Positions 21,179 through 30,929 are shown, counted from the first letter of the stretch. The stretch is DNA of 64,000 nt from Candidatus Latescibacterota bacterium (GCA_965219385.1 CBDCNM010000002.1:1088639-1152638), one strand, 5' to 3'. Numbers and translations: made by a program. The notes: generated by a model from the letters alone, not told the origin.

Positions 21179-22459
21179 GTGAAGAACTTCGTGGTCTGCA
21201 TTATCATCCTGGTGCTGGGCGTGCTGGGCCCGCAGCAGGACCCGAAGTTTGAACCGGTATGGGCCCTGGGGCTGCTCATGCTGCTGGCCTTTTTGTGTCA
21301 GCAACTCGCTCTCCATCTGCGCCTCCCCGCCTTGGTCGGCTGGATCGGAGCCGGCCTAATCCTCGGCCCGAGCTGCTTGCAGACATTACAACCTGCTCAA
21401 TTTGCCTCCCTGCGCTTGGCGCACACCCTCGCCGCCGTGTGGGTCGGCTTTTTCGTAGGCACGGAATTTTTCTGGCCGCGCGCACAAAAGGCATGGCGGG
21501 TACCCGGAGCCATCGCTCTAACCACGCTGGCCATTTTCCTGTTCATCGCCGTCGCCACCGGCTCCATAGCCCACTTGCCGGGTTGGCTGGCGGTCCTGAT
21601 TGCCGCACTCGCCACGCTGTGGGGTCCTTTCGCAGTCTGGTCCCTGCAACGCGCCAGGGGCCATGTCCTCAGCGTGGGCATCGTGGGCAATGGCTTCAGC
21701 CTGATCATCTTGAGCGCGGTCCTGGTCTTCCTGTACCTGCAGAGGTTTTTGCCGCCTCAGGCCCTGCACCTGACAGGCCGGCTCTGGCTCTCTTTGCTGA
21801 CAGGGGGACTTGGCGCCGAAATCCTGTGGCGCCTCAAGGTGTTTACCACTCCGGTCCACACCCTCCTGCCCGTGCTCTTTTCCAGCTTTGCCATAGCCGC
21901 TTTGCTGTTGACTCAGCTGCAACTCTATGCCTTGCCCTGCGGACTTGCCGCCGGCCTCGTCCTAGTCTGGCGCAAGGGACGGACCCTAGAGACACAGCGG
22001 GTCCTGCAATTCATGCGCCCCATGGCATTCGCCATCTTTTTCGCCCTGGTGGGAGCCACCATCGATTTGCGGATTCTATGGCCGGTTCTGGACGGCTTCT
22101 ACCAGATCCTGGTAATCCAGCTTCTCGTCCTCCTCTTCCTGCGCGGTCTGGTCCCGACTTTCTGGCCCCAATTTCCCACCATCCAACCAGCCCCCCCCAA
22201 ACACATCGGCTGGCTCCTCCTGCCCAAGGGCGCCCTGCTCTTCGAACTGGTTTATCACCCCCGGAATGGCCTGGTGGAACTGCTGAGTGGTAGACCTGCC
22301 CGTCTGCTGCACCAGGTGCTCCTGGCCGATATTCTGGTGCACCTCCTGGTCTTTGCGATTCTGGCGGCCATTGCCTGGCACCTGTCCCAGTCGTCCTCCC
22401 CACCAGATACCGGGGAACAGGAGGAGCCGGCAACAAGGCCGGCCCTGACCACCACCTGA
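21179..22459 (+). CDS. polytopic membrane protein, possibly cation:proton antiporter-like
   Basis: Very hydrophobic; LRLPALVGWIGAGLILGP and FFALVGATIDL resemble CPA-family segments. Confidence 0.55.
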   Translation: MKNFVVCIIILVLGVLGPQQDPKFEPVWALGLLMLLAFLCQQLALHLRLPALVGWIGAGLILGPSCLQTLQPAQFASLRLAHTLAAVWVGFFVGTEFFWPRAQKAWRVPGAIALTTLAIFLFIAVATGSIAHLPGWLAVLIAALATLWGPFAVWSLQRARGHVLSVGIVGNGFSLIILSAVLVFLYLQRFLPPQALHLTGRLWLSLLTGGLGAEILWRLKVFTTPVHTLLPVLFSSFAIAALLLTQLQLYALPCGLAAGLVLVWRKGRTLETQRVLQFMRPMAFAIFFALVGATIDLRILWPVLDGFYQILVIQLLVLLFLRGLVPTFWPQFPTIQPAPPKHIGWLLLPKGALLFELVYHPRNGLVELLSGRPARLLHQVLLADILVHLLVFAILAAIAWHLSQSSSPPDTGEQEEPATRPALTTT

Positions 22460-22515
22460 TTGTGCAGAATCTCTGTGCTGTGTATATTTAAAATTTCTGG
22501 AAGTTTTGAAATTTT

Positions 22516-23211
22516 ATGGAGACAATCCAAAAAAACTGGGAAACCCTCCAGGAACGCCTGGCGCGGGCCGTGGAACGGGTGGGGCGCAATCCCCGGGAAA
22601 TCACGGTAGTGGCCGTCACCAAGACCCGCACGCCAGCGGAGATCGAGGCCGTTTTCCGCAGTGGTATCCACATCGTGGGCGAGAACCGAATCCAGGAGGC
22701 CGAGGCCAAAAAAGACCAGGTAGCCGTTGCGGCACAATGGCACCTTGTGGGCCATCTACAGACCAACAAGGCCCCCAAAGCCGTGGCCCTCTTCGATATG
22801 GTACAATCCGTGGACAGCCTCCGGATAGCCGAAGCCCTGAATGTCCGGGCGGCTCGGGCCGGACGCGTCCTGGACATCCTGGTGCAGGTCAATACCTCGG
22901 GCGCAGCCCACCAGGCGGGTGCATCACCGCACGAGTTACAGGACCTGGTAGCGCAACTCGCCGCCCTGTATCCTCACCTGCGGATTCAGGGCCTGATGAC
23001 CATCGGCGCCCTGAGCGAGGACGAATCCGCGGTGCGCTCTTGCTTTGCCCGGTTGCGCGGTTTGCGGGATCAACTTGTGTCGGCATCCATCGACGAGGTG
23101 GAGATGAAATATCTGTCCATGGGCATGAGCGGAGATTTCGAGTTGGCCATTGCCGAAGGCGCCAATATGCTGCGCCTGGGCACTTCGCTTTTTGGCCCGC
23201 GTCCGACCTGA
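22516..23211 (+). CDS. yggS: PLP homeostasis protein
   Basis: VAVTKT, GENRIQE, WHLVGHLQTNK, GLMTI, LSMGMSGD..AIAEGANMLRLGT. Confidence 0.95.
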   Translation: METIQKNWETLQERLARAVERVGRNPREITVVAVTKTRTPAEIEAVFRSGIHIVGENRIQEAEAKKDQVAVAAQWHLVGHLQTNKAPKAVALFDMVQSVDSLRIAEALNVRAARAGRVLDILVQVNTSGAAHQAGASPHELQDLVAQLAALYPHLRIQGLMTIGALSEDESAVRSCFARLRGLRDQLVSASIDEVEMKYLSMGMSGDFELAIAEGANMLRLGTSLFGPRPT

Positions 23212-23238
23212 ACTCAAACCAAGGAGGATAGACCCCCA

Positions 23239-23523
23239 GTGTTTGACAGCAGCAATTTCATGGACGGGGTAATCGGGATAATCGTCCACCTGCTGGACAT
23301 CTACAAGTGGATCGTCATCATCCGGGTGTTGCTTTCCTGGATAAACCTGGATCCCTACAATCCGATCGTCCAGTTTCTGCGCAGCATCACCGATCCGGCC
23401 ATCGAAGGACTGCGGCGCTTTATGCCAAACCTCCTGTGGTCTACCGGCGTTGATTTTACCCCGCTGGTATTGATAGTTTTGCTCCAGGTCGCCATTATGT
23501 TTTTTGAAAGCATTCACTTCTGA
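23239..23523 (+). CDS. yggT: YggT family membrane protein
   Basis: RVLLSWINLDPYNPIVQFLRSITDP..DFTPLV; follows yggS. Confidence 0.92.
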   Translation: MFDSSNFMDGVIGIIVHLLDIYKWIVIIRVLLSWINLDPYNPIVQFLRSITDPAIEGLRRFMPNLLWSTGVDFTPLVLIVLLQVAIMFFESIHF

Positions 23524-23533
23524 AGATGCACCC

Positions 23534-26500
23534 ATGGATACAACCAGCAGATCCGACCGGCCGCGTTTTGCCGAGGTTTCCGCTCAGACCGACTTTCCCC
23601 GTCGAGAGGAAGAGATCCTGCGCTTCTGGAAAGAGGGCGGTCTGTTCGAAAAGTCGGTGGAAAATCGGCCCGCGTCCAGGTCCTTCATCTTCTACGACGG
23701 TCCGCCCTTCGCCAGCGGCCTGCCGCACTACGGCCACCTCCTGGCGTCCATCATCAAGGATGTGGTGCCGCGCTACTGGACCATGCGCGGCTATCGGGTC
23801 GAGCGCCGTTTCGGCTGGGACTGCCATGGTCTGCCGGTCGAAAACGAGGCCGAGCAACAACTGGGCCTGGGCTCCCGGCGCGACATCCTGGCCCATGGCA
23901 TCGATCGCTTCAACGAGTCGTGCCGCGACCTGGTACTGCGGTTTACCGCCGAGTGGCAGCAGTTCATTCAACGCGTCGGTCGCTGGGTCGACTGGTCCAA
24001 CCAGTACCGCACCATGGACCCCGAGTTCATGGAGTCGGTGTGGTGGGTGTTCAAGTCGCTGTGGGACAAAGGCCTGATCTACGAAGGCTACAAATCCCTG
24101 GCCTACTGCCCCCGCTGCGCCACCCCGCTGTCGAACTTCGAGGTGAATCAGGGGTATCAGGAGGTTCAGGACCCCTCCATCACGGTGCGCTTCAAGGTGC
24201 GCGATACCGAGAACACCTCCATCCTGGCGTGGACCACCACCCCGTGGACCCTGCCCTCGAACATGGCCCTGGCCGTGGGCCGCGATATTCCCTATGTGCG
24301 GGTAGCGCTACGCGACGGCGAGCAGCTCATCGTGGCCAAATCCCTCTTCGAACAGATCTTCCAAAAACACAAAGACGGTATCGCCCAGGTCCAGGACCTG
24401 TCCGTCGAAGGGTTGTTGGCAATGCACTACGAGCCGCTCTTCGACTACTTTGCCGACAGGCGGGACCAGGGCGCCTTCCGCGTGGTTGCCGCCGATTTCG
24501 TCTCCACCGAAGAAGGCACCGGCATCGTCCACATCGCCCCCGGGTTTGGCGAGGACGACCACTTGCTGGGCCGGCGGGAAGGCATTCCAGTGGTGTGCCC
24601 GCTCGATGAGGACTGCTGTTTCACCCACGAGGTCGGCGACTACCAGGGACAGTTCGTCAAGGAAGCGGACAGCCCCATCATCCGCCAGCTGCGGCAGAGC
24701 GGCCAGCTCTTTGCCGAGGGCTCCCTGGTACACAGCTATCCGTTCTGCTGGCGCTGTGAATCACCGCTCATCTACCGGGCCATCTCGACCTGGTTCGTGG
24801 ATATCCAAAAGATCAAGGACCGCATGGTAGCCGCCAACCAGCAGATCTGGTGGGTTCCCGAGCACATCAAGGACGGCCGCTTCGGCAAAGGGCTCGAAGG
24901 GGCGCCCGACTGGTCCATCAGCCGCAACCGCTACTGGGGCACCCCGCTGCCGGTCTGGCGCAACCAGGAAACCGGTGAGACCGTATGCCTCGGCAGCCGT
25001 GCCGAGCTGGAACAGCACTGCAACCATCCGGTCGAGGATCTGCACAAGCACGTAATCGATCCGATCGAAATCCCCAGTGCCGACGGCAACACCACCCTCA
25101 GACGCATCCCCGAGGTCCTGGACTGCTGGTTCGAATCGGGTTCCATGCCCTATGCTCAGAGCCACTATCCCTTCGAGAACAAAGACTTCTTCGAGGACAA
25201 CTTCCCGGCGGATTTCATCTCCGAAGGCCTCGACCAGACGCGGGGCTGGTTCTACACCCTCACGGTACTGGGCGCCGCGCTTTTTGACAAGCCGTCCTTC
25301 AAAAACTGCATCGTCTCGGGTATGCTGCTGGCCGCAGACGGTCGCAAGATGAGCAAGCGGCTCAAGAACTACCCCGAGCCGACCGAGATGCTCGACCACT
25401 ACGGAGCCGATGCCCTGCGGCTCTACCTGCTCAATTCGGCGGCTCTCAAGGCCGAGGAGATGCGGATGACCGAGAGCGGCATCAAAGAGAGCCTGCGTTC
25501 GGTCATCATCCCGCTGTGGAATGCTTACAGCTTCTTTGTCACCTATGCCAATATCGACGACTGGTCCCCGGACCAAGCCCGCAACCTCGAGACCAACCAC
25601 CGCCTGGACCGCTGGATCCTCTCGGAACTCCAGACCCTGACCCACAACATCAACCTCGAGATGGAGGCCTACCGACTCTACCAGACCGTGCCGGCCATGG
25701 TCGAATTTGTTGAGAAGTTGACCAATTGGTACATCCGCCGCAGCCGGCGGCGTTTCTGGAAATCCGAAGACGACGCCGACAAGGCCTCGGCCTATGCTAC
25801 CCTTTACCAGGTCCTGGTGCAATTCGTCAAAACCCTGGCTCCGGTCCTGCCCTTTATCACCGAAACCATCTACCAGAACCTGGTGCGCACCTTCGATCCC
25901 CAGGCCCCCGAAAGCGTGCACCTGTGCGCTATGCCCCAGGCCGACGAAGCCAAGCGCGACCTCGAACTCGAAGAACAGATGGACCTGGCCACCCGCGCGG
26001 TGGTGCTGGGGCGCTCCCTGCGCAGCAAGCACCACCTGAAAATCCGCCAGCCGCTCAAGCGCCTCTTGCTCCTGCCGCCCGACGAACGCAGCCGCGTGGA
26101 ACTGGAGGACATGACCGACCTGATCGGCGATGAGTTGAACATCAAGGATGTGGTTCTGGTCGAGGATGAAAACTCTATAAGCCAGATTTCCTACAAGGCC
26201 AATTTTCGCGTCCTGGGTCCCCGCTTCGGCAAGCGCATGAAAGAGGTGGCCGCCCGCATCCAGCGGCTGACGCCCGAAGATTTAAAGCTCCTGAACGCCG
26301 GTGAAAAAATCGCGGTTGCCGACGGCGAAATCGGCCTGGAGGACATAGAAATCCAGCGCCGGGAAAAAGAGGACGTGGTCGTGGCGGTGGACAACAATCT
26401 GTGCGTCGGCCTGGACACGCACCTGAACCCTGTCCTGATCATGGAGGGCCGGGCGCGCGAATTCGTCAACCGGGTACAGAACATGCGCAAGGAGGCCGGT

Positions 26501-26701
26501 CTGGACGTGGCGGATCGCATCCACCTCTGGACCCGGAGCAGTCCGGCCCTGGAACAGGCCATCGAGGCACACAAGGACTACATTGCCGCCGAGACCCTGG
26601 CTCTGGACCTGCAGGTGGGCGCCTTGGCCGACGATCTTCTCTTGCGCCGGGAATGGCAGGTGGATGGCGAGCCCTGCATCATCGGCCTAAAGAAAGCCTA
26701 G
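23534..26701 (+). CDS. ileS: isoleucyl-tRNA synthetase, type 2
   Basis: DGPPFASGLPHYGH, GWDCHGLP, WTTTPWT, SRNRYWGTP, DQTRGWFY, KMSKRLKN; long C-terminus without the type-1 zinc finger. Confidence 0.97.
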   Translation: MDTTSRSDRPRFAEVSAQTDFPRREEEILRFWKEGGLFEKSVENRPASRSFIFYDGPPFASGLPHYGHLLASIIKDVVPRYWTMRGYRVERRFGWDCHGLPVENEAEQQLGLGSRRDILAHGIDRFNESCRDLVLRFTAEWQQFIQRVGRWVDWSNQYRTMDPEFMESVWWVFKSLWDKGLIYEGYKSLAYCPRCATPLSNFEVNQGYQEVQDPSITVRFKVRDTENTSILAWTTTPWTLPSNMALAVGRDIPYVRVALRDGEQLIVAKSLFEQIFQKHKDGIAQVQDLSVEGLLAMHYEPLFDYFADRRDQGAFRVVAADFVSTEEGTGIVHIAPGFGEDDHLLGRREGIPVVCPLDEDCCFTHEVGDYQGQFVKEADSPIIRQLRQSGQLFAEGSLVHSYPFCWRCESPLIYRAISTWFVDIQKIKDRMVAANQQIWWVPEHIKDGRFGKGLEGAPDWSISRNRYWGTPLPVWRNQETGETVCLGSRAELEQHCNHPVEDLHKHVIDPIEIPSADGNTTLRRIPEVLDCWFESGSMPYAQSHYPFENKDFFEDNFPADFISEGLDQTRGWFYTLTVLGAALFDKPSFKNCIVSGMLLAADGRKMSKRLKNYPEPTEMLDHYGADALRLYLLNSAALKAEEMRMTESGIKESLRSVIIPLWNAYSFFVTYANIDDWSPDQARNLETNHRLDRWILSELQTLTHNINLEMEAYRLYQTVPAMVEFVEKLTNWYIRRSRRRFWKSEDDADKASAYATLYQVLVQFVKTLAPVLPFITETIYQNLVRTFDPQAPESVHLCAMPQADEAKRDLELEEQMDLATRAVVLGRSLRSKHHLKIRQPLKRLLLLPPDERSRVELEDMTDLIGDELNIKDVVLVEDENSISQISYKANFRVLGPRFGKRMKEVAARIQRLTPEDLKLLNAGEKIAVADGEIGLEDIEIQRREKEDVVVAVDNNLCVGLDTHLNPVLIMEGRAREFVNRVQNMRKEAGLDVADRIHLWTRSSPALEQAIEAHKDYIAAETLALDLQVGALADDLLLRREWQVDGEPCIIGLKKA

Positions 26702-26705
26702 TAAG

Positions 26706-26734
26706 ACGCGATGTGTGACTTTTAAAATTCGACC
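26706..26734 (+). repeat. 29-bp direct repeat, left copy
   Basis: ACGCGATGTGTGACTTTTAAAATTCGACC, identical at 28202-28230. Confidence 0.95.
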
Positions 26735-26878
26735 CGCCCGTCAAGGTCCAGCGGTTTTCGTTTCAGGCGTATATTGAGCCATACGCAGATCGAATGGGTC
26801 CGTATTTTTGTCGTCCATAGGCTCTGTAAACGCCAGGCATCGCGCATCTAGGGAAATTCAGCATAAAGGAGGACCAGA

Positions 26879-27841
26879 ATGAACCTGGTAAAACGTTTCC
26901 TACCCATTATCGGCCTGGTGGTGGGGTTGCTCTGTGGCGCCGAGGCACAGGAAAGCGAAAGGATCTATCCCTTCTTCGAGTTGACCGACGCGGACCTGGC
27001 CCAGATTGACGTGACCGATGGCTCGATCAACGAGTGGGTCGACCTGCTGGGCGAACCCACTCTGACCCCCCTGGACTTTCAGACCCGTCCCGAGCCGGGC
27101 CTGTATGATCCGGCGGATATGGATTACCGCGTCTGGCTGGCCTGGCACGGGGCTACCCATCGTATTTATGTGGCGGTCGAGCGCGCTGATGATATATATA
27201 TCAATAAGTATGAATATGATGGAAGGATCTCCTCATGTATTTGGATGACGAACCATGATTCTTCGGTAGGATTCAGAGTGGACGGCGACGGCAGCGGCGG
27301 GCCATACGCCTTCTTGGGCTTGGGCGATGGGGCCTATGACAGCGCAGAAGGCCGGCGGCAGCTGTTTCAACAGGCTCAAGCGTACAGGATCCTGGGTGAA
27401 ATCTTCGGCGGCGGCTCCCATGTATGCATGTGGGCTCAGGTTATAGGCGACGAAGAAGATTGGTTTCAGCAGCCGCCGTATGCGGAGGGGGGTGGGGCTT
27501 CTTTCGGGGCCAATCCCACGCTATCGGTGACTGAATTTTATGTGACACCCTTCGATCGGTTGATTTGGGACCGTCCGGCGGAGAGTGTGGTGTCGGCGTT
27601 GTCGCGTGGCTATCTGATCGGGTTTACCCTGTCAATTCTAGATTATGACACTAGAGTTGGTGAGCGGGAAAGCGGGCATGTCCTTGTGGGCCAGGACTAC
27701 TTTCAGGACCGCTCGTCGTCCGATGCATTGACCTCCGACCACTTCGCCCGGGGGTTGCTGGTGGGCCCTGGGGGTGAGCTCCCCGACTCAGCGGTGGAGA
27801 GTCTCACCTGGGGCCGCATCAAGGCGACCTTTGTCCGGTGA
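26879..27841 (+). CDS. secreted hypothetical protein with C-terminal TWGxIK tail
   Basis: RBS AAGGAGG; signal peptide (..LLCGAEA-QE); ends SAVESLTWGRIKATFVR. Confidence 0.85.
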   Translation: MNLVKRFLPIIGLVVGLLCGAEAQESERIYPFFELTDADLAQIDVTDGSINEWVDLLGEPTLTPLDFQTRPEPGLYDPADMDYRVWLAWHGATHRIYVAVERADDIYINKYEYDGRISSCIWMTNHDSSVGFRVDGDGSGGPYAFLGLGDGAYDSAEGRRQLFQQAQAYRILGEIFGGGSHVCMWAQVIGDEEDWFQQPPYAEGGGASFGANPTLSVTEFYVTPFDRLIWDRPAESVVSALSRGYLIGFTLSILDYDTRVGERESGHVLVGQDYFQDRSSSDALTSDHFARGLLVGPGGELPDSAVESLTWGRIKATFVR

Positions 27842-27882
27842 GGTGCAAGATCGAGGGCCATGCAACCTAAGAGAAGACCCCG

Positions 27883-28221
27883 ATGAGAACAGGAAAGCTT
27901 TCCCTACCCATTATCGGCCTGGTTATGGGGCTGCTGCGTGGCGCCGAGGCGCAGGAAAGCGAAAGGGTCTATCCCTTCATCGAGTTGACCGACGCGGACC
28001 TGGCCCAGATTGACGTGACCGATGGCTCGATCAACGAGTGGATCGGCCTGCTGGGCGAACCCACCCTGACCCTCCTGGACTTTCAGGCCGGTCCCGCGGG
28101 GTATGATCCGGCGGATATGGATTACCGCGTCTGGCTGGCCTGGCACGGAGCCACCCAGCGCCTCTATGTGGCCGTCGAGCGCTCGGATGATATATACAAT
28201 AACGCGATGTGTGACTTTTAA
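27883..28221 (+). pseudogene. 3'-truncated paralog of 26879-27841
   Basis: Near-identical first ~105 aa; homology stops where the right 29-bp repeat begins (28202). Confidence 0.88.
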
Positions 28222-28230
28222 AATTCGACC
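28202..28230 (+). repeat. 29-bp direct repeat, right copy
   Basis: Identical to 26706-26734. Confidence 0.95.
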
Positions 28231-28249
28231 AGTCTAATCTAGTAAATTA

Positions 28250-29051
28250 GTCGGGTAGCCGGGAGATGTCACCACCTCCCGGCCCCCTAAGAACCGTGCG
28301 TGCGACTTTCACCGCACACGGCTCAAGCAGACGGCTTCTCTTCACCGTAGTGAAGTCCTATGTTGGTCCACCTCAGATCATTGACCTTACGGTCTCCAGG
28401 GTCTGCTTACCGACGTGTTCCTCGGTATCTGAGCATCCCCCTGGATTGGTGATCTTTGCGGTCCTTCATGGTCCGTCCACCGGTTGCGCGTCAGCACCCT
28501 TTCGGGTTGGGTATTGCCCTATCTGGCGGGTTATGATTTCCCCTTGCCTTTCAGCAGCCAGCTTTCGCTTCTTGCAACATCCTGTTCCCACTGAGGATTT
28601 AGCCCTTCCTTACGATCGGGTTACTGGTGTAGCCAGACCTCATTGGGGTTTCGCTTTTCCGCATGAGTGAGATACGACCGGGTTAGGAGCCTACTCCTAC
28701 TATACGCCGGAGTCTGTGGTGTGCGCTCAGGGGCTAAGATACTCCCCTTGTCACTTCCGTGACCAAGACTCTTTGAACAGTCTTTTTCACATTTGACCCA
28801 ATACTACCGCATCAGCCACATTTCGGCAGCTAACTTTTACGATGCTTACGTAGATTCACTTCCGTTCTCCATACTGGTCTTTGCCTTGCCCTGTATTGAT
28901 TTGTGGCTATCTTTATATTAGGCTTTTCGCCTCTTGTTTCAGACCCCCCCGTTACCAGGGACGCAAGAGAGACTGGCAATTAACCTGCACACTGGTTAAA
29001 GAATCATTAACTGCTTTATTTTACTCAAGTTATGCGACTTTAAGCTCACAC
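28250..29051 (-). ncRNA. ORF-less group II intron (IIB-type), 802 nt
   Basis: Minus strand: 5' GTGTG at 29051; domain V GAGCCGTGTGCGGTGAAAGTCGCACGCACGGTTC (28324-28291); domain VI hairpin with bulged A at -7, ending CCCGAC at 28250; EBS1/EBS2 match the 5' exon; no RT ORF. Confidence 0.92.
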
Positions 29052-29092
29052 TCAAAGTAAAGTTGTACCGAAAAGCCGGAGACCGTTTATTT

Positions 29093-29470
29093 ATGAACAA
29101 GCAAGATCTGGAATACTTCAAAACCCTGTTGCTGGAAAAACGGGCCGAGGCCACCAGCACCCTGGCGGAATTCGAGCGCATGGCGCGCACCGAAGCTGCC
29201 CAGGAAGCCTCTGAAGACCGCTCTGCCTACTCCCTGCACATGGCCGATCGGGGCACTGATGCCATGGAGCGCGAGAAATCCCAGCTCTTCGCCCAGCGCA
29301 GCGGCGATTACATGGAATACCTCGAAGAAGCCCTGGATCGCATCGCGGACGGCACCTTTGGCTCCTGCCGGGTCTGCGGCCGGGAGATCAGCCGGGCGCG
29401 TCTGGAGGCCGTGCCCACGGCCACCCGGTGCATTACCTGCAAAGAAAAGGGAGAGACCGGATCCTCTTGA
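29093..29470 (+). CDS. dksA: DksA/TraR C4-type zinc finger protein
   Basis: HMADRGTDAMERE, ALDRIADGTFGSCRVCG..RLEAVP..CITCK. Confidence 0.9.
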   Translation: MNKQDLEYFKTLLLEKRAEATSTLAEFERMARTEAAQEASEDRSAYSLHMADRGTDAMEREKSQLFAQRSGDYMEYLEEALDRIADGTFGSCRVCGREISRARLEAVPTATRCITCKEKGETGSS

Positions 29471-29967
29471 AGGTGCTCTGGCTGATTCCCCTCGCTCTGA
29501 TTATCGATCAGACTTCCAAGTACGTGGTCGAAAACACCATGACCATGCACGAATCCAAAGAGGTCCTCGGCGACTTTTTCAGACTCACTTATATCCACAA
29601 CCCGGGCGCCGCCTTTGGCCTGAACATCGGCAGCCCCCTGATCCATACCGTCGTCTCCATTGTCGCGCTCTCGATCCTGGTCTATCTGTTCTGGACCATG
29701 CCCAGGCAAAACCGGCTCTTGCGCTTTGCCCTGACCCTGGTTCTGGGCGGCGCCGTAGGCAATATCATCGACCGCTTTCGCCTGGAGGCGGTCATCGATT
29801 TTTTCGACTTTGGCATTGGCGCCCTACGCTGGCCGATTTTCAACTTTGCCGACAGCTTTGTCACGGTGGGGATTTTCCTCCTGGCTCTGGGCTACGCCCG
29901 CCGCAAGGCGCCTAAGCCGGCCGACCAGGATGCCGGCCCGCGGAACGACCAGCCCCTGGAAAGCTAA
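29467..29967 (+). CDS. lspA: lipoprotein signal peptidase II
   Basis: DQTSK, NPGAAFG, GGAVGNIIDR, VIDF, FNFADS; TTG start overlaps the dksA stop. Confidence 0.95.
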   Translation: MKVLWLIPLALIIDQTSKYVVENTMTMHESKEVLGDFFRLTYIHNPGAAFGLNIGSPLIHTVVSIVALSILVYLFWTMPRQNRLLRFALTLVLGGAVGNIIDRFRLEAVIDFFDFGIGALRWPIFNFADSFVTVGIFLLALGYARRKAPKPADQDAGPRNDQPLES

Positions 29968-29981
29968 CAAACTCTGCCGCC

Positions 29982-30929
29982 ATGCAGATCCAGGTCCAGC
30001 AGGACACCCCCCAACGCCTAGACCTTTTCCTGAGCCAGCGCCATCCCGAACTGTCGCGCACCCGCGTCCAGAGTCTCATCAAAGAAGGCGCGGTGCGGAT
30101 AAACGGCCATAACACCCGGGCCAACTACGTGGTTCGTCCCGGGGATCGGATCAGCGTGGAGTTGCCCGAATCCGAGCCGGTGGAAATCGCGCCCGAAAAC
30201 ATCCCCCTCGACATCCTCTTCGAAGACGGGGATCTGCTGGTGCTCGATAAACCGGCCGGCATGACGGTGCACCCGGCTCCGGGTTCGTGGCAGGGCACCC
30301 TGGTGAACGCCCTGTTGTTTCACTGCCGCGATCTTTCCGGCATAAACGGAGAGTTGCGGCCGGGCATTGTGCACCGCCTGGACAAGGACACCACCGGCTT
30401 GCTGGTGGTGGCGAAAAACGACGCGGCTCACCGCCACCTGGCCGCCCAGCTCGAAGCCCGCCGCCTCGAACGGCGCTACATTGCCCTGGTGTGGGGCCAA
30501 GTGCAGGCAGAAGAGGAGCGCATCGATGCCCCCATCGGCCGCCACCCGCGCGATCGCAAGATCATGGCCGTGGTCGAAAACGGCCGCCGGGCCGCCACCC
30601 GTTTTGCGGTGGAGAAACGCTTTGCATTCCTGAGTTTGCTGGACCTGAAGCTGGAGACCGGCCGCACCCACCAGATCCGGGTGCACCTGCAGCACATCAA
30701 TCATCCTGTCTTCGGTGACCCAGACTACGGCGGGCGCAACCGCCTTCACGGCATCCGGCCCGAGTACCGCCGCCGGGCCGAGCACCTGCTCGGGCTGATC
30801 CAGCGCCAGGCTCTCCACGCTTGCCGCCTGTGCTTCACCCATCCCAAAACCGACCAGGCCATGAAGTTCGAGTCCGCCCCGCCGGCCGACCTGGCCCGTC
30901 TCATCGAAGCAGCCCGTCGCTTGCCATGA
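29982..30929 (+). CDS. rluD: RluA-family 23S rRNA pseudouridine synthase with S4 domain
   Basis: RLDLFL, KPAGMTVHP, GIVHRLDKDTTG, ETGRTHQIRVH, RQALHA. Confidence 0.9.
   Translation: MQIQVQQDTPQRLDLFLSQRHPELSRTRVQSLIKEGAVRINGHNTRANYVVRPGDRISVELPESEPVEIAPENIPLDILFEDGDLLVLDKPAGMTVHPAPGSWQGTLVNALLFHCRDLSGINGELRPGIVHRLDKDTTGLLVVAKNDAAHRHLAAQLEARRLERRYIALVWGQVQAEEERIDAPIGRHPRDRKIMAVVENGRRAATRFAVEKRFAFLSLLDLKLETGRTHQIRVHLQHINHPVFGDPDYGGRNRLHGIRPEYRRRAEHLLGLIQRQALHACRLCFTHPKTDQAMKFESAPPADLARLIEAARRLP

Noticed and set aside
26879..28221. Paralog pair next to a retroelement as a DGR template/variable repeat
   Set aside because: Differences are not adenine-specific (T>A, G>A, T>C, C>T, an indel), the shared part is N-terminal, and no RT or Avd gene is present.
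26706..28230. 29-bp repeats as CRISPR repeats or dif sites
   Set aside because: Only two copies 1.5 kb apart, no spacer periodicity or cas genes, and no resemblance to the XerC/D consensus.
28266..28670. 134-aa ORF as an intron-encoded or hypothetical protein
   Set aside because: It is antisense to intron domains and has no RT motifs.
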